DNA of 64,000 nucleotides, from contig DYNP01000006.1 of assembly GCA_020721005.1 (NCBI GenBank), positions 162,200 to 226,199 of the forward strand, given 5' to 3'. Both the position numbers and the translations under genes were made by a program. Position 1 is the stretch's first letter. Every line of letters starts with the position of its first letter. This DNA comes from Thiomargarita sp. Its GTDB lineage: Bacteria > Pseudomonadota > Gammaproteobacteria > Beggiatoales > Beggiatoaceae. Positions 28,146-39,622 of this stretch are shown here, piece by piece. The notes below the pieces were generated by a model. The model saw nothing but the letters and a program-made list of their open reading frames with translations, was not told where the DNA came from and ran no database searches.

Positions 28146-29266
28146 TTGCTCAAGAGTGGTTGACTAAAATTCGAGCTCTGCCTCAAAATTCTCCTTGCAA
28201 AATCATGAATGTTTGCGGGGGTCATGAACGGACTTTGAGTTTGGGGGGAGTTCGGACGGTGTTGCCAGCGGGAATTGAATTAATTCCCGGTCCCGGGTGT
28301 CCAGTCTGTGTATGTCCAGAGGAAGATATTTATGCCGCTATTCAATTGGCATTGCGGGAAAAAGTAGTGGTGGCAACTTTTGGGGACATGTTGCGAGTGC
28401 CCATTAATGCAGGTAAACAAACTGTTCGGTCCCTAGAGCAAGCTCGAGCCAAAGGGGCGAAAGTGCACCCCATTTCCTCTCCCTTAGAAGTAGTCGCATT
28501 GACTCAACAACAACCCCAGCAAAAAATTGTATTTTTTGCCGCCGGTTTTGAAACGACCATGGCCCCTTTGGCAGCCATGCTTGCCCAAGGAATTCCCCAG
28601 AATTTATCAATATTGTTGTCTGGGCGCTTGACTTGGCCTGCAGTGGCTAAATTGTTGGCAATGGAAAATGATCCCGTGCTTCTTCCTGCCAGAAAAGAAA
28701 CTGTCAATCCATCTCATTCTCGAATCTTTGATGCCTTAGTGGCGCCTGGACATGTGGCGACCGTTATGGGAACTGGGGAATGGGAATTTGTGGTTAAGCA
28801 ACACCATTTGCCTGTGGCAGTGGCTGGTTTTACAGTCGAAGGTTTATTGGCAGCCTTTTATTCAGTATTGAGGCAACGGGCAGAAGGGCGATGTTTTTTG
28901 GACAATTGTTATCCACAAGTGGTCAAGCCAGCAGGGAATTTGACTGCTCAAAAGTGTTTAAAAGAGACCATGAATGTGGTTGATGCCCAATGGCGAGGCA
29001 TTGGCTGTATTCCTCGATCTGGTTTTGAACTTAAGGATCGCCAAATAGATGCCCGATATCAATTTCCTGATTATACCAGTGAGGGACGAGAACGAAGAGG
29101 GGAAATGCCTGCTGGTTGTGAATGTGCGCAAGTGATTTTGGGGCGCATTTACCCCAAGGAATGTCGTTTGTATGGAACGGCTTGCACGCCCCGCCATCCA
29201 ATTGGACCTTGTATGGTCTCAGATGAAGGGGCCTGCCGAATTTGGTGGAGTGCCGGTTTAAAATAG
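28142..29266 (+). CDS. hypD: [NiFe]-hydrogenase maturation factor HypD
   Basis: Motifs are CGGHE, GPGCPVCVCP, FFAAGFETT and LAPGHV. The C-terminal four-Cys cluster reads CECAQV...CRLYGTAC...PCMVSDEGAC. Confidence 0.85.
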   Translation: MIAQEWLTKIRALPQNSPCKIMNVCGGHERTLSLGGVRTVLPAGIELIPGPGCPVCVCPEEDIYAAIQLALREKVVVATFGDMLRVPINAGKQTVRSLEQARAKGAKVHPISSPLEVVALTQQQPQQKIVFFAAGFETTMAPLAAMLAQGIPQNLSILLSGRLTWPAVAKLLAMENDPVLLPARKETVNPSHSRIFDALVAPGHVATVMGTGEWEFVVKQHHLPVAVAGFTVEGLLAAFYSVLRQRAEGRCFLDNCYPQVVKPAGNLTAQKCLKETMNVVDAQWRGIGCIPRSGFELKDRQIDARYQFPDYTSEGRERRGEMPAGCECAQVILGRIYPKECRLYGTACTPRHPIGPCMVSDEGACRIWWSAGLK

Positions 29267-29320
29267 AGATTTTATGTATTGCTGGGAACCCTATTTAATC
29301 TTTTCACGATCTGAAGGAAT

Positions 29321-29956
29321 TCAACGAGTTAAACGTGCCCACACTAAGTTGGGTGAATGACCATGGACGCGAACCATCCGGATCCATAATAGGGTTAAAT
29401 GTTCCAAATGCAGGGCTTGTTCAAGTCCTCCTACATCCAAAGGTTCCCAACCCAATTCAGCGATGAGCGTTTTTACCACTGATTTGGCAGTGTCGTCTCG
29501 GCCACAATACATCATCGCGGGCTTGACTGTGTAGTTGGGGTAGTGATTATTTTCAAAGTTTTCAAAGCCATAAATGGTAAAGGCTTTGACCACTTGGGTT
29601 GCTGGCAGTAATGTTTGTATTTTTTCCGAACCCGATTGTAAACTGTTTAAGCCATGACTGAGATTGGGACCAACAGGATTGGTGCAGTCCACAAGAATTT
29701 TCCCTTGTAACTCTTCGGAAACTGCTTGCAGGGCAGTTTCATTGGCCTGAAAGGGGGTGGCTAGGAAGATAACTTCAGCGTCTTTAACGGCTTGTTGTGG
29801 GGGGAGAATATTAAATTGAGCATTTCTAGCCTTGGCTTTTTGCAAATTGTCTGAGGTTGGGCGCGAGGCTGCCAGTCTCACTTCATGACCCAGGCGTTGT
29901 AAATGATCCGCTAAAGGAAGACCCACTTGTCCGTAACCAATAAATGTGATTTTCAT
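29321..29956 (-). CDS. NADP-dependent oxidoreductase (F420-dependent NADP reductase / P5C-reductase-like Rossmann family)
   Basis: The N-terminus MKITFIGYGQVGLPLADHL is a Rossmann GxGxxG. Length is 211 aa. Confidence 0.6.
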   Translation of the reverse strand: MKITFIGYGQVGLPLADHLQRLGHEVRLAASRPTSDNLQKAKARNAQFNILPPQQAVKDAEVIFLATPFQANETALQAVSEELQGKILVDCTNPVGPNLSHGLNSLQSGSEKIQTLLPATQVVKAFTIYGFENFENNHYPNYTVKPAMMYCGRDDTAKSVVKTLIAELGWEPLDVGGLEQALHLEHLTLLWIRMVRVHGHSPNLVWARLTR

Positions 29957-30016
29957 ATTGTGATCCTCAAAATTATGGGTTTTTAATTCTGAACTTAGGT
30001 TTTTGCAAGAAATCTA

Positions 30017-31420
30017 TTATCTTATGGTATTGTGTCCTTCTTGAGCCAATTTGTGAAAAAGATAAGGCAAATGGGCTTCTGGCATCACTTCAAAAATGCC
30101 AGTATTTCTTAATACGTTTAGGGAATATTGCTTTCCGATAATTTCCCCATTGTCTTGAAAGGAGTGGGCACCGGTAGCTCCCATCCACAAAGAGGTGTAT
30201 CTCAAGGAGTTTGCCAGCACCGAGGGTCGAGTGGAATCTGCTTTCTCAATGATATGCACCAACAGTTTGATACTGTCATATCCCTGAGCTGCCCAACCGT
30301 CCGGTTCTCTACCACCATAGCGCTGCTTATATTTTTCAATAAAAGGTTTGGCTGTATTCAGATAGGGTTTGTAGAGGGAAGGGGCAACCACTCCTAAAGC
30401 ATGATTCCCAGACAGGGCTAATAGGGCTTCTGAATACAGCGCATCTCCACCAACAATGGGTTGAGTGATGTCCACTTCCCTTAATTGTTTGATGAGTAAG
30501 GCGCCCGTGGGTTTAGCAGAAACAGCCAGGAATAGGGCATCAAATTCTTTGTCTTTAAAGGTGGCAATAATTTTCCGAAAGTCTCCGGTATTTGCAAAAA
30601 AGGAGCTGCGGTGAACAATATCAATGCCTAATTGAGCCGCACTTTTGGCAAAGGAATCGACCAATTCTTCCCCATAAGTGGTTCGAACATTAAGCAGCAC
30701 CATTTTCTTAAATTTTCCGTTAAGAGCACAGTAACCAGCCAATTGGTCAGCCATTTGTTCATTGTTGGGAATGGTTCTAAAAGTGGTATCAAATCCCGGG
30801 TGAGTCAACATGGAATTGGTGGAAGCCGGGGCCAAAAAGACAAGTCCGTGGTACTGGTAAATCACAGAGGCTGGGACTGCTTCTGCTGAAGGTGGATGAC
30901 CGATGACTGCGATAACATCTTTATTTTTGATAAATCGATCGGCCACTTTATAAGCCAATTGTTGGTAAAAGTTGCGACGTCGAGAATCAGGTTCCGTCAT
31001 ATAAGCTTCTTGTTCCAACAGAATTTTTAATTCTCTTCTTCCCCACAAAGTTCCTTGGTGCAGTTGTTCCCGTTTACAATGGTTACATTGGGCACTGAGT
31101 TCATCACAAACTTCACAGTAAAGTCCTTGTTTTTGACAGCGACCGCAAGGAACTTGTTTTTCCTGACAGACCAGACAGCGATTGCTGGCCTTAACACCCC
31201 CATTCTCATTAATTTCATCCACAGCCAATTGTAATCCATCAATAAAACGGTCGGTACGATCAGCTGGCCAGGCCACGCCTATAAAAATGGGTTCCTTGGC
31301 TTGATGTGCAGCCACGGCTCGTTGTTCTCGACTTCGGATTTCTTCAGTATAATTCTCGCAACCAGCGAGACTGAACAGTAAACAAATTCCAGTAACTATA
31401 TGAACGCAGTATTTATACAT
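30017..31420 (-). CDS. Type-I periplasmic binding protein (Leu/Ile/Val-binding-protein fold) lipoprotein, with an 8-cysteine insertion
   Basis: The lipobox is LFSLAGC. The PBP-I core is IGVAWPADRTDRF...IGHPPSAEAV. The insert CLVCQEKQVPCGRCQKQGLYCEVCDELSAQCNHCKRE has four CxxC pairs. Confidence 0.6.
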   Translation of the reverse strand: MYKYCVHIVTGICLLFSLAGCENYTEEIRSREQRAVAAHQAKEPIFIGVAWPADRTDRFIDGLQLAVDEINENGGVKASNRCLVCQEKQVPCGRCQKQGLYCEVCDELSAQCNHCKREQLHQGTLWGRRELKILLEQEAYMTEPDSRRRNFYQQLAYKVADRFIKNKDVIAVIGHPPSAEAVPASVIYQYHGLVFLAPASTNSMLTHPGFDTTFRTIPNNEQMADQLAGYCALNGKFKKMVLLNVRTTYGEELVDSFAKSAAQLGIDIVHRSSFFANTGDFRKIIATFKDKEFDALFLAVSAKPTGALLIKQLREVDITQPIVGGDALYSEALLALSGNHALGVVAPSLYKPYLNTAKPFIEKYKQRYGGREPDGWAAQGYDSIKLLVHIIEKADSTRPSVLANSLRYTSLWMGATGAHSFQDNGEIIGKQYSLNVLRNTGIFEVMPEAHLPYLFHKLAQEGHNTIR

Positions 31421-31427
31421 AGTTGTT

Positions 31428-32573
31428 TTACTTCATGTTTCCCAGAATTAAAGGCAGACCTTCATCACCTGCCCCAATCACGACCACTTTGGCGTTTTCT
31501 GATTGAGCCAACTCCGCTGTAGCAGAAATCCCTTGCCATCTTAAAAGATTGGTGGTTAAGTTTTGGGAAATGATTTCATGATAGTCTGCAACCCCTTTGG
31601 CTTCAATCCGCTTTCTCTTCGCCTCTTCCTCTTCTCTGGCAATCCGAAAGCTATAGGCTTGATACTGTTGTTGGTAAGTCAATTTATCTTCAATAGCTTG
31701 TTGAATGGGGGGAGGCAACTCCATGCTGCGAATAATGATATCATCTACGCGCACATATTTACGTCCCGCTTCTTCCAAAGCCAACACAATGATTTTACTC
31801 AAAATACCCATTTTATTGGTATACACATCTTCTGGATCATGTTGACCAATATTTTTACGGAGTACCGATTCAATTTGCGGAATGATCACCTTTTCTGCAT
31901 AATCCTGTCCCACTTGTTGATGAAGCACTCCCAGTAAATCGTATTCAGGTTGGAAACGAATGGCCAATCGAAGATGAATCGGTAAACCCTTATTGGTCAA
32001 CACATCAAATTCATGACGAAGCAGCTGAATTCGAGCATTGTAAACATACATGATGTCCCACGGCCAAATGAGATAAAATCCTTCTGGATAAACGTAATCT
32101 GTAATCGTGCCCACGGTGAGTCGTTTGTATAAAACCCCCCCTTCTCCAGGCTTGATGCTGATAAAAATATTTTTCCATAGAAAGCCGACAACAATCAGCA
32201 GGATTAAGCCAAAAACAGCCACAATAGGTCTTATCTTGTTCAATTGGGCAGCAATAAATTGATACAAATGCACTGGATAGCGAATGTACCATTTCGAGAG
32301 CGGCTTGGCAGGAGGTGAAGTTTGAGCAGGAAAATTGGGAGGAGCTGTAATTCCCAGCGTGGCCGATCCAGACTCTGTTCCAGCCGGAACTCCTACTGAA
32401 TTTGAGGTGGCATGTTCAGAATCTGGTGGTAAGGACTGAGTTGGTTGAACAGGATCTGCAGCATCAGATGAACCGGCCGTTTGTCCAGTTGCCGTTTGAG
32501 CAACTGAGGACTGGTCCCCAATGTTGTTTTCCTTTTTTGGAGTAGATTGAGACATTTGAGAAGTGGATTCCAT
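31428..32573 (-). CDS. SPFH/band-7 (prohibitin-like) membrane protein with a ~100-aa disordered S/T/A/P/Q-rich N-terminus
   Basis: A transmembrane segment IVAVFGLILLIVVGFLW is followed by an SPFH domain and a C-terminal coiled coil (EEEAKRKRIEAKG). Confidence 0.65.
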   Translation of the reverse strand: MESTSQMSQSTPKKENNIGDQSSVAQTATGQTAGSSDAADPVQPTQSLPPDSEHATSNSVGVPAGTESGSATLGITAPPNFPAQTSPPAKPLSKWYIRYPVHLYQFIAAQLNKIRPIVAVFGLILLIVVGFLWKNIFISIKPGEGGVLYKRLTVGTITDYVYPEGFYLIWPWDIMYVYNARIQLLRHEFDVLTNKGLPIHLRLAIRFQPEYDLLGVLHQQVGQDYAEKVIIPQIESVLRKNIGQHDPEDVYTNKMGILSKIIVLALEEAGRKYVRVDDIIIRSMELPPPIQQAIEDKLTYQQQYQAYSFRIAREEEEAKRKRIEAKGVADYHEIISQNLTTNLLRWQGISATAELAQSENAKVVVIGAGDEGLPLILGNMK

Positions 32574-32748
32574 AATTGGGTACTATTTGGTAAGGAGTTA
32601 TAAGTTTGAGGAAATGGCCGATGGCTCTATTATAAACCAATAATACCTATTAGTACAATGCCCTCTTAAGTAATCCTGTCAATTGTGTGAACTGAACTCA
32701 TTCTTCAAATAACCGCCTTCCTCAACTGTAAACTTTAACTGTAAACTT

Positions 32749-34194
<1,446 letters not shown>

Positions 34195-34247
34195 CTAAGT
34201 ATAGCTAATAAACCATAAAAAGAGACCGCATATCCTGCGTATTCCGT

Positions 34248-34282
34248 GTAGGATGTGCTGAGCATTTTTTGCGAAGCGCATC
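34248..34282. repeat. REP-like hairpin, a variant of the GTAGGATGGGCTGA...AAGCCCATC family
   Basis: The sequence is GTAGGATGTGCTGAGCATTTTTTGCGAAGCGCATC. Compare 47689-47725. Confidence 0.6.
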
Positions 34283-34284
34283 AA

Positions 34285-34648
34285 TAGATTCTTGCAAAAG
34301 AAAATAATGCGATAAAAATGAGATACGAAAAAATAAAAGGGAAATCTCCGTTGGAGTGGAGGCTTTAGCCGGTAGGTTAGAGTAGAGGCTTTAGCCGGTA
34401 GGTTGGAGTAGAGGCTTTAGCCGGTAGGTTAGAGTAGAGGCTTTAGCCGGTAGGTTGGAGTGGAGGCTTCAGCCGGTAGGTTGGAGTGGAGGCTTCAGCC
34501 GGTAGGTTGGAGTGGAGGCTTCAGCCGGTAGGTTGGAGTGGAGGCTTTAGCCGGTCAGCCGTAGGCATCCCCCCACATACACAAATTGCAAGGGACTACC
34601 GCCGGCCGGCTAAAGCCTCCACTCCAAAGCCTCTTAATTCTTGAAAGG
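34285..34648. mobile_element. MITE-like composite element, copy B (reverse orientation). It has 7 x 26-bp internal tandem units (GGAGGCTTTAGCCGGTAGGTTGGAGT), and its type-A end is degenerate.
   Basis: The left end is TA|GATTCTTGCAAAAGAAAATAATGCGATAAAAATGAGATACGAAAAAATAAAAGGG. The tandem array spans 34366-34550. The terminal hairpin is CCGGTCAGCC...GCCGGCCGGCTAAAGCCTCCACTCCA. Confidence 0.7.
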
Positions 34649-35093
34649 ATCAGCAGTGGTTACTAAACCGGATGGTATCGTTATGTTCTCAACCACTCCT
34701 AAAAACAGCCTACTGAATGTACTGGTCTTAAACCAAATAGCTGGCTTTATACCATATCCGTAACTCACTGTCAATGAGTTGCTAACCCGTCCCCTTTTAA
34801 GAGTTACATTTTTAATTGTAGTATTATAAGTATGGGATTAATGAAAACCTCAAAACTGCCCAGCCGTCCTAAATGTCCGTCGATTATTGTACTCATGAAA
34901 ATAAGCAGATTACCTCATATCGAGTAACTTCTCTCAAAAAAATCCAAAGCAAACAGTATATTACATTTTTCCTTTTAAAACAATCACTTATTGAATAACT
35001 GCGAGTACTTGCTCAAGAATAGTGAACCTTGTATGATGTGTATCATTCCAATTTTTATACCCCTAATAGGTTAAGACCTCTTGAGGAGGGACC

Positions 35094-37868
35094 ATGTCTA
35101 TCGAAGTATTCGTCAAACCATCATCAACCCAGTTTTCCAATGAGACCGAATACGATCTCCACCCCCATTCCTATCAAGTGATACGTAGAAACAGCCAATT
35201 GACTCCATTCAACGCCAATAAAATCAAATTGGCCATTACCAAAGCATTTTGGGCAGTGGAAGGCGACAGTGCGCATAATTCTGAACGAATTAACACGATT
35301 ATTCACTATTTAACTCAACAAGTTGTGAATAGCATTTTACCCAAGCTACAACAGCAACAAGTCATTCATATCGAAGACATTCAAGATCAAGTGGAACTTA
35401 CCCTGATGCGAGCCGGTGAGCACAAGGTGGCTCGAGCCTATGTCACTTATCGAGATGAGCACAATAAGCAACGAGCGAGGATCCAGCATAAAAAAGTCAT
35501 TCACGTGCTCAACCAACAGGGAAAACGTTTACCCTTGGATGAGGAAGCACTTTACACATTTATTACTGATATGGCGCAGGGCATCCAAGATGTGGCGGCC
35601 AGTGCGATCTTTGAAGAAAGTTTGCGCAACTTATTCGATGGTATTTCCGAAGAAGCTGTGATACAAACTTTGACCATCAGTGCCCGAGCCCATATTGAAC
35701 GAGAACCCAATTACACTTATTTGGCAGCTCGTTTCCTGCTTAAACAATTACAAACTGAATCACTGTCACTACAAAATATCCAAAAAATTATTACATTATC
35801 AGTAGATTATAGTATTCATTTTAAATGGGGAATTGAGCTGGCAGTTCAACATCAACTGCTAAATCCCCAATTGCTTACCCAGTTTGATCTGGAACAATTG
35901 GAACGCACCTTGATTTCAGAAAAAGATCTCAAATTAACCTATTTGGGACTACAAACTCTCTACGATCGCTATCTGTTACACTGGGAAGGTAAACGTTTTG
36001 AATTACCCCAAGCTTTTTTTATGAGAGTAGCCATGGGACTGGCCCTTCATGAGGAAAATCCTACTCAAAGAGCCATTGAATTTTATGAATTACTGTCTGA
36101 CTTTGATTTCATGTGCAGCACTCCCACGTTGTTCAACTCTGGAACCTTAAGATCACAGCTTTCCAGTTGTTTTATCAGCACTGTCCCAGATGACTTGGAA
36201 GGTATTTTCAATGGCATCCGAGACAATGCTTTACTCCAAAAATGGGCGGGGGGAATTGGCAATGATTGGACCAATGTGCGAGGCATGGGTGCCTTGATCA
36301 AGGGCACGAATGGCCGGTCTCAAGGAGTTGTTCCCTTTATGAAAGTGGCCAATGACACTTTGGTCTCCGTAAATCAAGGCGGAAGACGTCGTGGCTCGGG
36401 TTGTGCTTACCTTGAAACTTGGCACATTGACATTGAAGAATTTTTGGAACTGCGCAAAAATACTGGCGATGATAGAAGGCGTACTCATGACATGAATACT
36501 GCCAATTGGGTACCCGATCTGTTCATGGAAAGAGTTTATGAGAACGACTACTGGACTTTATTCTCACCCGATGAAACTCCCAATCTACATAGTTTATATG
36601 GTCATGCTTTCAAAACGGTTTATCAACATTATGAACAATTGGCAGCTGAGGGCAAGTTAAAACTGTTTAAAAAAGTGCTGGCGATTGATTTATGGCGTAA
36701 AATGCTCACCATGCTTTTTGAAACCGGTCACCCTTGGATCACTTTTAAAGACCCGTTTAATATCCGTTCCCCTCAACAACATGTGGGCATTATTCATTGT
36801 AGCAATCTGTGCACTGAAATTGGTCTAAACACCTCTGCGGAAGAAATCGCCGTTTGCAATTTGGGCTCAGTCAACTTGGCTGCTCATATTAGGGAAGGTC
36901 AACTGGATCAGGAGAAACTGAAACGCACAGTGACCACGGCCATGCGCATGTTGGATAATGTCATTGATCTTAACTATTATGCGGTCCCACAAGCTAAAAC
37001 GGCCAATTTGCGGCACCGTCCGGTGGGTTTGGGAATTATGGGTTTTCAAGATGCCCTCTACCAATTGGATATTTCCTATGCTTCTCAACAAGCGATCGAA
37101 TTTGCTGATCGCTCTATGGAATTGCTCAGCTATTTTGCCATTCAAGCCTCTTGTGATCTTGCTCGGGAACGTGGTCAATATCCCACTTTTGAGGGTTCAT
37201 TGTGGAGTCAAGGTATTCTGCCCATAGACAGCTTACAATTACTCAAGCAAGAGCGCGGTCCCTATTTGGAAATCAACACAGAATACACCTTAGATTGGGC
37301 AAAATTGCGAGATGAAGTAAAAACTGTGGGTATGAGGAATTCCAATTGCATGGCCATCGCTCCCACTGCGACCATATCCAATATTGTGGGGGTTTCCCAA
37401 TCTATTGAGCCCACCTATCAAAATTTGTTTGTGAAATCCAATTTGTCCGGGGAATTCATTATCATCAATCCCTATTTGGTGTCGGCCCTTAAAGCCCTTG
37501 ATTTATGGGATGCTGGCCTATTTAATGATCTTAAATATCATGATGGCAGTATTCAAACCATTGAACGAATTCCCTCACACCTCAAAGAATTGTACCAAAC
37601 AGCTTTTGAAATTGAATCCCATTGGTTGATTGAGGCAGCAGCCCGGCGCCAAAAGTGGTTGGATCAATCTCAATCTTTGAATATCTATATGGCCCAACCC
37701 TCTGGCCGCAAGTTGGATAACTTGTACAAATTGGCTTGGATACGCGGATTAAAAACCACCTACTATCTCAGAAGCAGCTCTGCCACCCATGTACAAAAAA
37801 GTACTCTTACTTCAGTCACTTCCAGCACTTGTCAACTGGATGATGCCGACTGCGAAGCTTGTCAATAG
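35094..37868 (+). CDS. nrdA: Ribonucleoside-diphosphate reductase class Ia, alpha subunit
   Basis: 924 aa with an N-terminal ATP-cone. Active-site blocks are CNLGSVNL and SNLCTEI. The C-terminal redox-active cysteines are CQLDDADCEAC. An upstream Shine-Dalgarno sequence is GGAGGGA. Confidence 0.9.
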   Translation: MSIEVFVKPSSTQFSNETEYDLHPHSYQVIRRNSQLTPFNANKIKLAITKAFWAVEGDSAHNSERINTIIHYLTQQVVNSILPKLQQQQVIHIEDIQDQVELTLMRAGEHKVARAYVTYRDEHNKQRARIQHKKVIHVLNQQGKRLPLDEEALYTFITDMAQGIQDVAASAIFEESLRNLFDGISEEAVIQTLTISARAHIEREPNYTYLAARFLLKQLQTESLSLQNIQKIITLSVDYSIHFKWGIELAVQHQLLNPQLLTQFDLEQLERTLISEKDLKLTYLGLQTLYDRYLLHWEGKRFELPQAFFMRVAMGLALHEENPTQRAIEFYELLSDFDFMCSTPTLFNSGTLRSQLSSCFISTVPDDLEGIFNGIRDNALLQKWAGGIGNDWTNVRGMGALIKGTNGRSQGVVPFMKVANDTLVSVNQGGRRRGSGCAYLETWHIDIEEFLELRKNTGDDRRRTHDMNTANWVPDLFMERVYENDYWTLFSPDETPNLHSLYGHAFKTVYQHYEQLAAEGKLKLFKKVLAIDLWRKMLTMLFETGHPWITFKDPFNIRSPQQHVGIIHCSNLCTEIGLNTSAEEIAVCNLGSVNLAAHIREGQLDQEKLKRTVTTAMRMLDNVIDLNYYAVPQAKTANLRHRPVGLGIMGFQDALYQLDISYASQQAIEFADRSMELLSYFAIQASCDLARERGQYPTFEGSLWSQGILPIDSLQLLKQERGPYLEINTEYTLDWAKLRDEVKTVGMRNSNCMAIAPTATISNIVGVSQSIEPTYQNLFVKSNLSGEFIIINPYLVSALKALDLWDAGLFNDLKYHDGSIQTIERIPSHLKELYQTAFEIESHWLIEAAARRQKWLDQSQSLNIYMAQPSGRKLDNLYKLAWIRGLKTTYYLRSSSATHVQKSTLTSVTSSTCQLDDADCEACQ

Positions 37869-38196
37869 ATTTAAGATGGCTGCCAAATTGCTCACCTTTG
37901 AAACGGCATTAGCCATACATTCTCTAGTTTTCTCTCCCTAATATTATTTTCAAATCTGTCCATTTAGGAATGACATAATGGGTCCTGGCCTGTTACCCTG
38001 GCCTATTCATCAGTCACCGATAACTGGAGTGGCTGGGTGACCTGCCCAGTTTGATATCCATGCAGAAAGCAGTCTGAAAAATTAGGTAGAATTGAGTAAA
38101 CATTTTGGAACATATTTTTTGACAATACCGTCATGAATAACTTTTTCGGAGTCCATTTTTTGAACTCCGTATTTCGATTTAAAAATAGGAGACCCC

Positions 38197-39381
38197 ATGT
38201 TAGATTTTGATGACACTTCCGATTCTTCCTCCTCTTTTTCCTCCAATTTTAGTAACCACAACCGCAGTCGAGTCAACAAACGTAAATCTGTTGAAAGTCC
38301 AGAAGAACAGAGTAATTTGCCTGTAATCACCAGCTTGGATACTATTAACATTGGTAAACGTTCCCTAAATGCCGACGACATTAAACTAATTGGCGGCCGC
38401 GGTTATGACTTGCGACAACCTGTGCCCATTAAGTATAAAATAGTGCGGGAACGTTTTTTAAATGCACGCAATAATTTTTGGTTGCCCAATGAAATTCAAA
38501 TGGGTGAAGATAAGTTAGAGTGGCAAACTGCACAATTAACTTCTGCTGAAATGTATTTGTTTAAGTTAAATATTTCTTATCTGACTGCCAGTGACAGTCT
38601 TGTTCCCGACAATCTTAATAATGCGATTTTAAATCACATTACTGCCCCAGAAATGCGTCAGTACCTGCGTTGGCAAATTGCGGAGGAAGCCAACCATTTA
38701 GAATCTTATTTGTTCATTTTGGAGTCTTTTGGGTTAGATGAGCAAGGACAGGGGCAAATATTCAATTTGTACCAAGAAGTGCCGGCCTTGATCAATAAGT
38801 TAAATTGGAATATAAAGTTTACCAACAATGTGGCCAGCTCGCCATTCCCACCGGGTCATTTTGAGTCCCAACGGGCTTTATTAGAAGACTTGATCAGTTA
38901 CTATGTATTTGAGTACTTATTTTTCCCATTGGGCTTTTCGCAAATTTTTGCGTTGGCGAGAACTGGCAAGTTGAGAAATACTGCCCAACAATACAGTTAT
39001 ATTTGGCGAGATGAGAATTTACATTCAGCCAATGGTTTGTGGATGATCAAACAAATTATCATTGAAAATCCACATTTATGGGATAATGAGATGAAGGAGC
39101 GAACTCGGGCAATTGTCAATGAGGCGGTGCACTTGGAAACGGAATATGCACATGCTTCCATGCCTGACGGCGGTATTATAGGTTTGCCCGTGCAGACTTA
39201 TATCAAATATGCTCAATTTATTGCAAATACGGTTTGTAAACAATTGAATGTGAAGTCATTATTCCCAATTAAAGATCATCCCATGCCTTGGTTAAGTGAG
39301 TATGAATTGCGCCATGAAGTCAATTTTTTTGAAGGACGAGTCCGCGAATATCAAACTGGCAGTCAGTTGAGTTGGGATTGA
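38197..39381 (+). CDS. nrdB: Ribonucleoside-diphosphate reductase class Ia, beta subunit, with a ~55-aa acidic Ser-rich N-terminal extension
   Basis: Di-iron/tyrosyl motifs are present (EEANHLESY, FYVFEYLFF, ...WRDENLH). The extension is MLDFDDTSDSSSSFSSNFSNHNRSRVNKRKSVESPEE. Confidence 0.85.
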   Translation: MLDFDDTSDSSSSFSSNFSNHNRSRVNKRKSVESPEEQSNLPVITSLDTINIGKRSLNADDIKLIGGRGYDLRQPVPIKYKIVRERFLNARNNFWLPNEIQMGEDKLEWQTAQLTSAEMYLFKLNISYLTASDSLVPDNLNNAILNHITAPEMRQYLRWQIAEEANHLESYLFILESFGLDEQGQGQIFNLYQEVPALINKLNWNIKFTNNVASSPFPPGHFESQRALLEDLISYYVFEYLFFPLGFSQIFALARTGKLRNTAQQYSYIWRDENLHSANGLWMIKQIIIENPHLWDNEMKERTRAIVNEAVHLETEYAHASMPDGGIIGLPVQTYIKYAQFIANTVCKQLNVKSLFPIKDHPMPWLSEYELRHEVNFFEGRVREYQTGSQLSWD

Positions 39382-39551
39382 TTTCGGAGTATCCAGTTTA
39401 TCTCCATTTTGGGGTGAGTTTTGTGCGCGCCACAACTACTTTTAGGGCAGATATAAAATACTCCTTTGCAGGTTTGTTTTAATTTGGCAATACAGGAGGG
39501 AATCTTCAAATTTCCCCTCCCTTGTGTTGATTCAGATTGAATAACCACCCC

Positions 39552-39600
39552 TAACCCCTCCTTATCAAGGAGGGGAAAGTAAACAGCTCCTTCTTTTTTC
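39552..39600. repeat. Hairpin pair CCCCTCCTTATCAAGGAGGGG / CTCCTTCTTTTTTCAAGGGAGGGGG downstream of nrdB (likely terminator-like)
   Basis: Two adjacent anti-SD/SD palindromes were read directly. Confidence 0.6.
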
Positions 39601-39622
39601 AAGGGAGGGGGTGTTAGATATT

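Noticed and set aside
34650-35093. NrdR boxes upstream of nrdA
   Set aside because: The long 5' leader is suggestive, but no pair of 16-bp acaCwAtATaTwGtgt-like palindromes could be identified confidently by eye.
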